The notes under the pieces were generated by a model. That model was not told the origin of the DNA, ran no database searches, and saw nothing but the letters and a program-made list of their open reading frames with translations. This document shows, piece by piece, positions 26,912 through 36,192 of a stretch of 64,000 bases of DNA; the stretch's first letter is position 1; every line of letters begins with the position of its first letter. The stretch lies in contig JBJEDT010000024.1 in NCBI GenBank assembly GCA_051872335.1, forward strand, positions 6,984 to 70,983. Direction: 5' to 3'. Both the position numbers and the translations under genes were made by a program. The stretch is from Bacilli bacterium (GTDB lineage Bacteria > Bacillota_I > Bacilli_A > RFN20 > CAG-826).

Positions 26912-27817
26912 TAATTTTGTTGCAATTAACCTTTTAGCAGCCAATAATTGTGTATTTATTAATTTAACTTTTACAAAAGATTCATTGACAAAAATTTCTT
27001 TTATAACAATATGATTTTCTTTAAACAACTCTTCGATTTCTAGTTTAACTTTACAAGGAAAACGACATCCAATATTTATCAAGTTTTGATTGATTCTAAA
27101 TCCAAAAATCGAATTTTCACATTCTTTATTACTTATAGTTGTTTTAATCAAATTATCTTCCAAGAACACAACATTAATTATAATATTAAACTGTTTAGCA
27201 TATTCAATTGCTTTTCTATTAACTATGTTATAGTCAAGATCATTAATTAATAATGCTTCATCGTAAGATAAATATCGATGACTCTTTAGTTTATAAGTAA
27301 GTTTTGGGAACAAAGGATAAATACCATCAATATCTTTATATAAATTTACCACTTTACTATTTACTATTTTAGCTAATAACACAGCACTTAAATCACTTTC
27401 ACCAAAATTTAATACATCAAGTTTACCATTTTTCTTAACTATAAAGCCTGGAACAACAATAATATCATTATCATTGACTTCAAAATTATTCAAAATAAAT
27501 TCATCATTTTGTAATGATATTGGATAATCATCACATGTAATAATCCTTGTATCTTTTTCATAATTTCTTAATTCGGATAATAAAACAATTGAAGATATTG
27601 TCTCACCACATGAAAGAAGTAATCCTTCCTCATTATCTTTTAAATTATTACTATTAACTAAACTTTTTAAAGTTTTTGTTGCATAAGAAAATCCCATTCT
27701 TCCCATTGCACTACAAACAACAATCAAAGGCCTTTTCTTTTCTTTAATAATATTAATAACATTTTCTCTTTGTCTTTTTGTTTGTAAAGCTGTACCACCA
27801 AATTTAATAACTTCCAT
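26900..27817 (-). CDS. Aspartate kinase, short form (amino-acid kinase domain plus one short ACT-like region).
   Basis: KFGGTAL, IVVCSAMGRMG...YAT, LLSCGETISS and FGESDLSAVLLAKIV match aspartokinase catalytic-domain motifs; only 305 aa. Confidence 0.55.
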   Translation of the reverse strand: MEVIKFGGTALQTKRQRENVINIIKEKKRPLIVVCSAMGRMGFSYATKTLKSLVNSNNLKDNEEGLLLSCGETISSIVLLSELRNYEKDTRIITCDDYPISLQNDEFILNNFEVNDNDIIVVPGFIVKKNGKLDVLNFGESDLSAVLLAKIVNSKVVNLYKDIDGIYPLFPKLTYKLKSHRYLSYDEALLINDLDYNIVNRKAIEYAKQFNIIINVVFLEDNLIKTTISNKECENSIFGFRINQNLINIGCRFPCKVKLEIEELFKENHIVIKEIFVNESFVKVKLINTQLLAAKRLIATKLLNE

Positions 27818-27865
27818 AAATTACCTTATTAAAGTAAATGGTTAATTACCTTAAAAAATGATAAA

Positions 27866-27889
27866 AAAGAAGTGAATTATAAATTCACT
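27866..27889 (-). terminator. Terminator after hpf: GAAGTGAAT-ttat-ATTCACTTC followed by a T-run on the minus strand.
   Basis: 9-bp stem followed by TTTTTTATCATTTTTT on the minus strand. Confidence 0.6.
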
Positions 27890-27900
27890 TCTCATAAGAT

Positions 27901-28449
27901 TTATTTTAATTTGTTTTCAGCTTGGATAATACCATAACCTCCATCACGACGATGATAAACGACTGAAACTAATTCATCTTCTTCATCTAGATACATAAAG
28001 AAATCATGTCCTAGAGCTTCCATTCTTGCAATTGCTTCATCAATTGACATTGGGTCAAGGTAATAAGATTTAGTTTTTACTACTTCATCTTTTGCTTCAT
28101 CTTCTTCATCAGCAACGACATTTTCTAATAAAATATCTTTTCCTAAACCTTGACGTTTTGTACGGTCTAATCTTGTTTTAAGTTTTCTCATTTGTCCTTC
28201 TAATTTATCAATAGCAAGATCAAATGCAGCATATAAATCAGCATCAGTAACTTCTGCTCTAAATGTCATCATTGGTGTTGTGATAGTTACTTCAACTTTT
28301 TGACCAGTCTTATAAGTTCTAACGACTGCTCGACAATCAACATCATCGTTAATAACAAAATACTTATCCATCTTCGACAATTTCTTGATTAATGCCTCCT
28401 CGATGCCTTTTGTTACTTCAATGTTCTTTCCTATTATTTGGTATTTCAT
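27901..28449 (-). CDS. hpf: Ribosome hibernation promoting factor, long form.
   Basis: MKYQIIGKNIEVT N-terminal YfiA domain plus a C-terminal dimerisation domain; 182 aa; AAAGGAGAG RBS. Confidence 0.9.
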   Translation of the reverse strand: MKYQIIGKNIEVTKGIEEALIKKLSKMDKYFVINDDVDCRAVVRTYKTGQKVEVTITTPMMTFRAEVTDADLYAAFDLAIDKLEGQMRKLKTRLDRTKRQGLGKDILLENVVADEEDEAKDEVVKTKSYYLDPMSIDEAIARMEALGHDFFMYLDEEDELVSVVYHRRDGGYGIIQAENKLK

Positions 28450-28592
28450 AATTCATCTCTCCTTTCCAAATATGCGGATAGATTTACTACACCTTTATTA
28501 TATCTACTTTATTTAATAAAAAATAGTCTTATGATTTTATTTGTATTGTGATATACTTTAAGTGTAGAGTGAATTTTTGATAATTATAATAT

Positions 28593-28622
28593 TAAAAAAA
28601 GAGATTTTGCAATCTCTTTTTT
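28593..28622 (-). terminator. Terminator after metK: AAAGAGATT-ttgc-AATCTCTTT with T-runs.
   Basis: Palindrome directly 3' of the metK stop at 28623. Confidence 0.65.
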
Positions 28623-29792
28623 TTAAAAGTCTGAGTCGAAATATCTTTTAATCTTTTTAACTTTATCTAATTTTTCCCAAGGTAAATCTAAATCAGGTCT
28701 ACCAAAGTGTCCATATGAAGCTAAATCTTCATAATAGAAAACTGGTGAAGTTAAATGGAAATGTTCAATAATAGCACCTGGTCTACAATCAAATACTTCT
28801 TTAATACATTTTAAGATAGACTCATTATCGTATAATGCTGTATCGAATGTCTCAATACCAATTGAAATAGGTTCAGCAACGCCAATAGCATAGCTTAATT
28901 GAACTTCCATACGTTGAGCAATTCCAGCTGCAACTAAATTTTTCGCAATATAACGAGCCATATATGCACCAGAACGGTCTACTTTTGATGGGTCTTTACC
29001 AGAGAAAGCACCACCACCATGACGAGCACTGCCACCATATGTATCAACAATAATTTTACGACCTGTTAATCCTGTATCACCAGCAGGTCCACCAATAGAG
29101 AATCGACCTGTTGGATTAATTAATGCAACAAAGTCAGTATTTAAACCGAATGATTCAGCTACAGGTTTCATAATACTATTTACAATATATGATTTAAATT
29201 CTTTTTCGTTATAATTTGGATTATGTTGAACTGACATTAAAATTGTATCAATACGAATTCTTTCTGGATCAGTATAATCAATTGTAACTTGTGATTTCAT
29301 ATCTGGTCTTGCATCAGCAAAACTACCATTTTTTCTTAACATTGAAGCCAAACGTACAAGTTTATGAGCAATTACAATACCAAGTGGCATAAAGCCTTCA
29401 CTTTCATCACTTGCATATCCAAACATAATACCTTGGTCTCCAGCACCTTGTTGGAATAATTCACCACGTTCAACACCTTGTGCAATATCAGGGCTTTGTT
29501 GTTGGATTTTAATATCAACAACACATTTATTGCAATCGATACCTATATCACTTGATGTATATCCTATTCTTTTTAAAGTGTCTCTTACAATATATTCGTA
29601 ATTAGGATGACGTGAACAAGTGATTTCACCACCAACTAAAACATAATTAGTAGTAATGTAGCATTCACATGCTACGTGAGCGTGTTCATCAATTGATAAA
29701 CAAGCATCTAAAATAGCATCACTAATTTGATCACATATTTTATCTGGGTGTCCTTCACTTACTGATTCACTTGTAAATAAAATTTTTTCCAT
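28623..29792 (-). CDS. metK: S-adenosylmethionine synthetase.
   Basis: GHPDKICDQISDAILDA, GAGDQG, GGGAFSGKDPSKVDRS motifs; GGGGAGG RBS. Confidence 0.97.
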   Translation of the reverse strand: MEKILFTSESVSEGHPDKICDQISDAILDACLSIDEHAHVACECYITTNYVLVGGEITCSRHPNYEYIVRDTLKRIGYTSSDIGIDCNKCVVDIKIQQQSPDIAQGVERGELFQQGAGDQGIMFGYASDESEGFMPLGIVIAHKLVRLASMLRKNGSFADARPDMKSQVTIDYTDPERIRIDTILMSVQHNPNYNEKEFKSYIVNSIMKPVAESFGLNTDFVALINPTGRFSIGGPAGDTGLTGRKIIVDTYGGSARHGGGAFSGKDPSKVDRSGAYMARYIAKNLVAAGIAQRMEVQLSYAIGVAEPISIGIETFDTALYDNESILKCIKEVFDCRPGAIIEHFHLTSPVFYYEDLASYGHFGRPDLDLPWEKLDKVKKIKRYFDSDF

Positions 29793-29833
29793 TAAAATTT
29801 CCTCCCCAATAATTAATTAAGGAGTAATTTTCA

Positions 29834-30034
29834 TTATTCCTTAATATTTTTATTTTTATTGTTTGTTTTTTTATTATCTATAGGATCTTTATCAAAGTCA
29901 ACTAAATTTGCTTGAAGTAATAATAATTCAGAAGGACTAATTCCAGATATATTTTCAATTACATCAAAATCCATTCCCATTTCAAATAATACTTTGGCAA
30001 TTTCAAATTGTTCTTTTTTCTTTTTTGTTTTCAT
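29834..30034 (-). CDS. Small hypothetical protein (66 aa, lysine-rich termini).
   Basis: AGGTGA RBS 5 nt before the ATG; sits about 40 nt upstream of metK and is probably co-transcribed with it. No family recognised. Confidence 0.4.
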   Translation of the reverse strand: MKTKKKKEQFEIAKVLFEMGMDFDVIENISGISPSELLLLQANLVDFDKDPIDNKKTNNKNKNIKE

Positions 30035-30084
30035 ATTATCACCTACTATAAAGTATGAGATAAATGAACTTTTTTATACGTAGA

Positions 30085-30336
30085 TTACTTATTTAATATT
30101 TCTTTAATAGCTCTTGCTAATTGATCAGGACAAGATGTTTGTTTCATGCCACATGTGACACCTTCTAGTCTTTTAGCGACTTCTTCTAGTTTCTTACCTT
30201 TAACAAGTTTACCAATTCCTTTTAAATTACCATTACATCCACCGATGACTTGTAAATCAATTAATGTATCACCATCATATGTAATTTGCATTTCTCTAGA
30301 ACAAACACCAACTGGTTTATAAATATATGTTTCCAT
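30085..30336 (-). CDS. TSCPD-domain protein (TIGR03905-like, four-Cys).
   Basis: 83 aa with KQTSCPDQLARAI (TSCPD motif) and the conserved cysteines at VCSREM and IGGCNGN. Confidence 0.65.
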   Translation of the reverse strand: METYIYKPVGVCSREMQITYDGDTLIDLQVIGGCNGNLKGIGKLVKGKKLEEVAKRLEGVTCGMKQTSCPDQLARAIKEILNK

Positions 30337-30338
30337 AA

Positions 30339-30914
30339 TTATTTAATAATTTCACCGTATACAACGCTAGATAATCCAGCTGCATTACTTTCATCTGTAT
30401 CTACGTGCATTGCTAATGCAAATTTTTCAGAAACACGAACAACAACATCACCAAATACTAATGATCTGCCATTTGGACTTTCTACTTTAACACTAACAAC
30501 TTCTTTATCACAAACACCAAATTCAGCTGCATCAGCAGGTGTCATATGAATATGTCTTTTTGCTGCGATTACGCCTTCTTTAAGTTCAACTTCACCACAT
30601 GGGCCAACTAATTTACAAGCACCACTACCAGCAATATCACCAGACTCACGAACTGGAGCAACAACTCCTAATGTCCTTGCATCTGTTAAAGAAACTTCAA
30701 CTTGATCAGCTCCACGAACTGGTCCTAAAATAGAAACTCCTTTAATTGTATTTTTTGGTCCAACAAGATCAACTTTTTCATTAGAAGCATATTGACCAGG
30801 TTGTGATAATTCTTTTTTAACAGATAATCTTGCATCTGCACCAAATAAAACTTTTAATGATTCTTCTGTAACATGAACATGACGAGCAGATGTCTCAACT
30901 AAAATACCTTTCAT
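30339..30914 (-). CDS. pduL: PduL-type phosphate acyltransferase (phosphate propanoyl/acetyltransferase).
   Basis: Two PF06130-like repeats with SARHVHV and AKRHIHM motifs; 191 aa; AAGGAG RBS. Confidence 0.75.
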   Translation of the reverse strand: MKGILVETSARHVHVTEESLKVLFGADARLSVKKELSQPGQYASNEKVDLVGPKNTIKGVSILGPVRGADQVEVSLTDARTLGVVAPVRESGDIAGSGACKLVGPCGEVELKEGVIAAKRHIHMTPADAAEFGVCDKEVVSVKVESPNGRSLVFGDVVVRVSEKFALAMHVDTDESNAAGLSSVVYGEIIK

Positions 30915-31113
30915 AATAATCTCCTTTTATATCAACTATATTTATATATTATACTCTTTTACTATATTTTTCCAATATAATACATTCAAAAAGCTTCAAT
31001 TTTCGACAAGTTTTGTAAGTTATTTTGTATTATGATACTTATTAATTTTAATTAATAAGATTTTTTAAATGTTATACACAAAAATTGAAATGTCAAAAGA
31101 TATTTTTAAATTT

Positions 31114-31140
31114 TTAGCACTCAACACTTTACAGTGCTAA
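31114..31140 (+). promoter_or_regulatory. CIRCE-like HrcA operator: TTAGCACTC-N9-cAGTGCTAA, overlapping the htpG promoter.
   Basis: Left arm 9/9 and right arm 8/9 to the CIRCE consensus TTAGCACTC-N9-GAGTGCTAA. The promoter TTTACA-16-(TG)ATATAAT lies at 31128-31155. Confidence 0.6.
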
Positions 31141-31185
31141 AAATGGTGATATAATGATATGTGTTCAGCAAAGGAGGAACAAAAT

Positions 31186-33114
31186 ATGAAAGAAACAAAA
31201 GAGTTTCAAACTGAATCTAAAGAATTATTAAATTTAATGGTAAATTCCATTTATAGTAACAATGAAATATTTTTAAGAGAACTAATCTCAAATGCAAGTG
31301 ATGCTATTGATAAGTACAAATTTACCGCTTTAAAGAGTGAAGGAAATCTTGAGCAAAGAGATTATCAAATCTTTATCACTTGTGATAAAGATGAACATAC
31401 TTTAACTATTAAAGATAATGGTATTGGTATGTCTAAAGAAGATCTTGAAAATAACTTAGGGACCATTGCTCGTTCAGGTTCAAAAGACTTTGTTGCAAAA
31501 TTTAAAGAAGCTAAAGAGTCTGAAAATATGAATATTATTGGTCAATTTGGTGTTGGTTTTTACAGCGCATTTATGGTTGCTTCTAAAATTGAAGTTTTAA
31601 CAAAAAAAGCTAACGAACAAGCTTACTTATTTACTAGTGATGGAGTCGATACATATACTATCGAAGATGCAGAATCATCTGAAGAAGGCACTTCCATTAA
31701 ACTATACTTAAAAGAAGATACAGAAGATGAAAAATACAGCCGTTTCCTAGAACAATATGAAATCCAAGATCTAGTAAGAAAATATAGTGACTATATTCGT
31801 TACCCTATTAAAATGAATGTAAAAACTAGCAAACCAAAACTAGATGAAGAAGGAAAAGAAATTGAAGGTCAAACAGAAGAAGTAGTTGAAGAAAGAACAC
31901 TTAATTCAATGATACCTTTATGGAAGAAAAATAAAAAAGATGTTACTGATGAAGAATTAGCTTCTTTCTATAAAGATAAATTTGGTGAATGGGAAGATCC
32001 TTTTACTTCATTATTCATTAATGTTGATGGAATGATTTCATATAATGCATTAATCTTTATTCCTAGCCATGCTCCTTATAATTTGTATAGTGAAAATTAT
32101 GAAAAAGGACTAGATTTATATGCTAAAGGAGTCTTTATCAAAGAAAAATGTAAAGAACTAGTACCTGATTATTTGAAATTCATTAAAGGTTTAGTCGATA
32201 GTGATGATTTCTCACTTAATATTTCTCGTGAAATCTTACAAAATTCACCAATGTTAAGAAGAATTCAAGACAACATTGAATCAAAAGTTATCAATAAATT
32301 AAAAGAAATCAAAAACGATAATTTTGATAAATACCTTGAATTCTATAAAATTTATGGAGATAACTTAAAATATGGTATTTATTCTTCATATGGATCAAAA
32401 ACTGAATTATTAAAAGACTTAATTTTATTCCACTCATTAAATAGTGATAAAATGATTTCTTTAAAAGATTATAAAGATTCTATCAAAGAAGATCAAAAAG
32501 TAATTTACTATGCTACAGGAAAATCACTTGCAAGTATTAAATTATTACCTCAAATTGAAAAATTCAAAAAAGATGGTATTGAAGTCTTATTATTAGACCA
32601 TAACATTGATGAATTTGCTCTTCAAATGATGAGAGAATATGATGGCTTGAGTTTTAAATCAATCTCAGAAGAAAATAAACAAGAACTAAATGAAGAAGAA
32701 AAGAGTAAAATTGATCAATTAGTTATCGATAACAAACGCTTAGTTGATAACTTAAGCGAAGCATTAAAAGGAAAAGTTGATGAAGTTACTTTCTCAACTA
32801 GACTTGTTGAATCTCCAGTATGTATCACAACAAAGGATGGTCTTTCATTAAATATGGAGCATGTTCTAAATGAAGAGCAACAAGCTGCTTCAATAGATGA
32901 AAGTGAAAGAGTAAAAGCTCGTAAGGTTCTTGAAATAAATCCTGACCATCAATTATTTAAAGCTATTGCTTCATTAAATGATGATGAAAAAATTAAGAAA
33001 TATGGTTCATTATTATATGAAGAAGCAATGATGCTTGAAGGTTATGATATTAAAGATAAAAATGAGTTTGTTAAAACATTAAACGAACTAATGATAGAAG
33101 CATTAAATAAATAA
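31186..33114 (+). CDS. htpG: Molecular chaperone HtpG (Hsp90 family).
   Basis: NKEIFLRELISNASDA and GQFGVGFYSAFMVA ATPase motifs; AAGGAGGA RBS before the ATG at 31186. Confidence 0.95.
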   Translation: MKETKEFQTESKELLNLMVNSIYSNNEIFLRELISNASDAIDKYKFTALKSEGNLEQRDYQIFITCDKDEHTLTIKDNGIGMSKEDLENNLGTIARSGSKDFVAKFKEAKESENMNIIGQFGVGFYSAFMVASKIEVLTKKANEQAYLFTSDGVDTYTIEDAESSEEGTSIKLYLKEDTEDEKYSRFLEQYEIQDLVRKYSDYIRYPIKMNVKTSKPKLDEEGKEIEGQTEEVVEERTLNSMIPLWKKNKKDVTDEELASFYKDKFGEWEDPFTSLFINVDGMISYNALIFIPSHAPYNLYSENYEKGLDLYAKGVFIKEKCKELVPDYLKFIKGLVDSDDFSLNISREILQNSPMLRRIQDNIESKVINKLKEIKNDNFDKYLEFYKIYGDNLKYGIYSSYGSKTELLKDLILFHSLNSDKMISLKDYKDSIKEDQKVIYYATGKSLASIKLLPQIEKFKKDGIEVLLLDHNIDEFALQMMREYDGLSFKSISEENKQELNEEEKSKIDQLVIDNKRLVDNLSEALKGKVDEVTFSTRLVESPVCITTKDGLSLNMEHVLNEEQQAASIDESERVKARKVLEINPDHQLFKAIASLNDDEKIKKYGSLLYEEAMMLEGYDIKDKNEFVKTLNELMIEALNK

Positions 33115-33117
33115 TTA

Positions 33118-33160
33118 AAATGGTATCCGTTTCACAATGGTTAACGGATACCATTTTTTA
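33118..33160. terminator. Bidirectional terminator: ATGGTATCCGTT-N11-AACGGATACCAT followed by T6.
   Basis: Perfect 12-bp stem between convergent htpG and the permease. Confidence 0.75.
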
Positions 33161-33175
33161 TTATATAAAAGTTAT

Positions 33176-34810
33176 TTATTCAGCATTCTTTATACTTGTT
33201 CCTGTTGAAGATGTTTTTGTAGCAGATGCTTTTTTTATTGAAGATGATTTCGTAGTTCTTGCAGTCTTTTTAACTTCTTTAACTTCTACTTCTTTTACTG
33301 GTTTTTCAACTGAAGTTTCTACTTCTTTTTCTTCAATATATTCAACGACTTTTTCTTCACAAGAACATGTTTCACAAACACCTTCAAGTTCATTATTTTC
33401 AACTATTTCTTTTTTTGGTTCAAATAAGATTAAATTTAAAATAATTCCTAGAATCATAGCAATTGCAATTGATGTAATTAAAATCTTTCCACCAAAGAAT
33501 GATAAAGTTAATCCACCAATCCCAACAACTAGAATTACAGAACATACAAAGATGTTTTTAGTTTTACTAAAATCAATTTTTTCTTTGATTAATAATTTAA
33601 CACCACTTGATGCAATAAATCCATAAAGGATTAATGATACACCACCTGTAACACAGCTTGGAATCGTTGATAAAAGTGCAGTAAATGGAGTGATAAATCC
33701 AATAACTATTGTCATAATTGCAGCTAATAATACAACCTTAACACTAGCAATTTTTGTCATACCAATAACAGCAACATTTTCACCATATGTTGTATTTGCA
33801 GCACCACATAAAGCACCAGATAAAGCAGTTGCAACACCATCACCAATTAAAGTACGTGTCATACCAGGTTCACCATTTAATAAATCTTTATTAATAATTT
33901 TACCTAAGTTTTCATGATCACCAACGTGTTCACAAATTGTAACTAATGAAGCAGGTACAAATAATAGAATAACTGTTCCAATATCTTTCCAGTTAAATTC
34001 TTTAATTGCATCAAATTGTAAGAAAATAAATGCTTCATCATTATTTGGAATAAACATTTTGTAATTTATAAAACTCGCTAAGCCAAAATTTTCGGATTTA
34101 AAGATTGAAATTAATGGTTCAAAATTTACAATATGGAAATATTCATTACCACAAAGATAATAACCGACTACTGTAAAAATCACAGCTGCTAGATATCCAC
34201 TTCCCATACCAATAACAAATGGAATCAACTTTAACATTTTCTTACCATAATGTGAAGCAATTGCTGTTACAAATAAAGCAATTAAACCACATACTAAAGC
34301 AATTAAATTATATGATTGACCAGATCCAGATGCAGAAGTTAAATTACTGACAGCAGATGATGATAAACCTAATCCAATAACCATAATAATTGGTCCAATA
34401 ATGATTGGAGGTAATACTTTGTTTAACCATTTAGTTCCAACAAGTTTAATGAATAAAGCAATCATACAGTAAATATAACCGACAATTAGCATACCTAAAA
34501 TAAGTGCTAGATAGTTATGCCCACCTGCTGCTGAAATTTCTCCAACTGCTAAAGCTGATAACATTGGTTGAAGATAAGCAAATGAACTTGATAAGAATAC
34601 AGGTGATTTTTGTTTTGTAATGAGAATATAACTAATTGTACCAATACCAGCAGCTATTAATGTTGGAGCGATTGGTAGTCCAGTAATAATTGGAACTGTA
34701 ATACATGCTACTAACATTGCTAAAATATGTTGAATAGCAAATAAAATCCAGTCCCTTAATCTTTTTGGATTTTCGTTAACATCCAATACAAGTGTTTTTT
34801 CTGTTTCCAT
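33176..34810 (-). CDS. Nucleobase:cation symporter-2 (NCS2; xanthine/uracil permease family) with a long Glu/Lys/Val-rich C-terminal tail.
   Basis: 12-14 TM helices and a PIITGLPIAPTLIAAGIGTI-type NCS2 signature region. The C-terminal ~90 aa are soluble and low-complexity, with a CETCSCEE cluster. The ATG at 34810 has an AAAGGGGAAAAT RBS. Confidence 0.7.
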   Translation of the reverse strand: METEKTLVLDVNENPKRLRDWILFAIQHILAMLVACITVPIITGLPIAPTLIAAGIGTISYILITKQKSPVFLSSSFAYLQPMLSALAVGEISAAGGHNYLALILGMLIVGYIYCMIALFIKLVGTKWLNKVLPPIIIGPIIMVIGLGLSSSAVSNLTSASGSGQSYNLIALVCGLIALFVTAIASHYGKKMLKLIPFVIGMGSGYLAAVIFTVVGYYLCGNEYFHIVNFEPLISIFKSENFGLASFINYKMFIPNNDEAFIFLQFDAIKEFNWKDIGTVILLFVPASLVTICEHVGDHENLGKIINKDLLNGEPGMTRTLIGDGVATALSGALCGAANTTYGENVAVIGMTKIASVKVVLLAAIMTIVIGFITPFTALLSTIPSCVTGGVSLILYGFIASSGVKLLIKEKIDFSKTKNIFVCSVILVVGIGGLTLSFFGGKILITSIAIAMILGIILNLILFEPKKEIVENNELEGVCETCSCEEKVVEYIEEKEVETSVEKPVKEVEVKEVKKTARTTKSSSIKKASATKTSSTGTSIKNAE

Positions 34811-34836
34811 AATTTTCCCCTTTCTTTTTTTGCAAA

Positions 34837-34870
34837 AAAAAGGCACTCCAACCGAGTGCCTTAAAAACAA
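34837..34870 (-). promoter_or_regulatory. Leader hairpin GGCACTC-ggttg-GAGTGCC followed by T8, immediately 5' of the permease RBS: intrinsic terminator or attenuator.
   Basis: Perfect 7-bp GC-rich stem, on the minus strand, with a T8 run between the hairpin and the RBS of the permease. Confidence 0.45.
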
Positions 34871-35127
34871 ATATTAGAAATAGAATTAGTGATTAAAAGT
34901 GGGCAAAAATCCTTAAACAATTTAACCTTCTTTTTTCGACTAGTTAAAATGCTCATATGTTTTCCTCCTTGAACTCACTGCGTCTATTTAAGCATAAATA
35001 AAGGCCATTTGTAAATACAAATTTTTAAAAAAATTTTAAATAATAATATTATTATTATTTGTTTTTCTTCTCTCTTTCATAGCAAAATTATTCTTCATAA
35101 GTTATAATCTTGATAGAGGTATTGATT

Positions 35128-36153
35128 ATGAGTATTAGACCAAATTTTTTAAAGAAAAACGCAACAATTGGAGTCTGTGCACCTTCATTTGGATGTTCAA
35201 CAAGTCCTTATAAAGAGCGTTATGAAAATGCTTTAAAAACATTTAAAAAACTAGGATATAACATTATTGAAGGAGAAAATGTTACATCATATGACTTTAT
35301 AGCAAGTGCTACTCCAGAAAAAAGAGCACAAGAATTTATGGATCTAATGTTAAATTATAATGTTGATTTCATATTTTCTGTAGGTGGAGGAGAACTTATG
35401 TGTCAAATACTTCCCTATATTGATTTTGAAAAAATCAAATCTTTAAAAAAGAAAAAATTATTTATGGGATATTCTGATAATACAATATTAACTTTTACTC
35501 TTCCAATATTTGCAAATTCTTATGCTATTTATGGAGAATGTTTTCCAACATTTGGAGTTAAAAAATGGGATAAATCTTTAAAAGATGCTTATAATCTAAT
35601 AACTGGTCAAGAATTCATCCAACATCCATATCCTAAATGCGCTGATGTAAATATTCATAGTGCTGATCCTTTAAAAAGAGATCCTTATGTTAAAAAGACT
35701 TGTTGGAAAAAATATTTAAATGATGAACCTGTAACATTTAAAGGTATTTTAATGGGTGGATGTATGGATATTTTAAATGTTATTTGTGGAACTCCTTATT
35801 TTGAAATAAATAATTATTTAGAAGAACATAAAAAAGAAGGTTTTATTGTTTTTTTGGAAGCATGTGAATTTCATGCATTAGCGCAAAAAAGAGCTTACTG
35901 GCAATTTAAAAATATCGGATTATTCAAATATTGTAATGGCATAATTATTGGTAGACCAATAATGACTTCACCAATGTTTGATCATAGTTATGTTGAAATG
36001 TTAGATGAATTAAAAGACCTAAATATTCCAATCATTTATGATGTTGATATTGGGCACATTCCACCTTCAATTACTTTGATTTCTGGAGCTATGGCTGAAG
36101 TACATTATGAAAAAAATCAAAAAAAGTGCTATTTAAAGCACTTAATTAAATAA
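35128..36153 (+). CDS. LD-carboxypeptidase (peptidase S66, LdcA/MccF-like).
   Basis: ATIGVCAPSFGC N-terminal region and the GYSDNT serine motif; the ATG at 35128 is preceded by AGAGG. Confidence 0.75.
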   Translation: MSIRPNFLKKNATIGVCAPSFGCSTSPYKERYENALKTFKKLGYNIIEGENVTSYDFIASATPEKRAQEFMDLMLNYNVDFIFSVGGGELMCQILPYIDFEKIKSLKKKKLFMGYSDNTILTFTLPIFANSYAIYGECFPTFGVKKWDKSLKDAYNLITGQEFIQHPYPKCADVNIHSADPLKRDPYVKKTCWKKYLNDEPVTFKGILMGGCMDILNVICGTPYFEINNYLEEHKKEGFIVFLEACEFHALAQKRAYWQFKNIGLFKYCNGIIIGRPIMTSPMFDHSYVEMLDELKDLNIPIIYDVDIGHIPPSITLISGAMAEVHYEKNQKKCYLKHLIK

Positions 36154-36163
36154 TATTTAATTA

Positions 36164-36192
36164 ATGATTTTGCTTTGCAAAGTCATTTTTTA
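36164..36192. terminator. Bidirectional terminator: TGATTTTGC-tt-GCAAAGTCA followed by T6.
   Basis: 9-bp stem with one mismatch, between convergent genes. Confidence 0.5.

Noticed and set aside
29793-30084. Possible SAM-I (S-box) riboswitch upstream of metK.
   Set aside because: The 5' region on the minus strand is occupied by a small RBS-bearing ORF. No CTCTTATCAAGAGAGG-like S-box core or anti-terminator or terminator pairing was found.
33124-33165. Possible small RNA between htpG and the permease.
   Set aside because: The 12-bp perfect stem with flanking A- and T-runs is fully explained as a bidirectional intrinsic terminator for two convergent genes.
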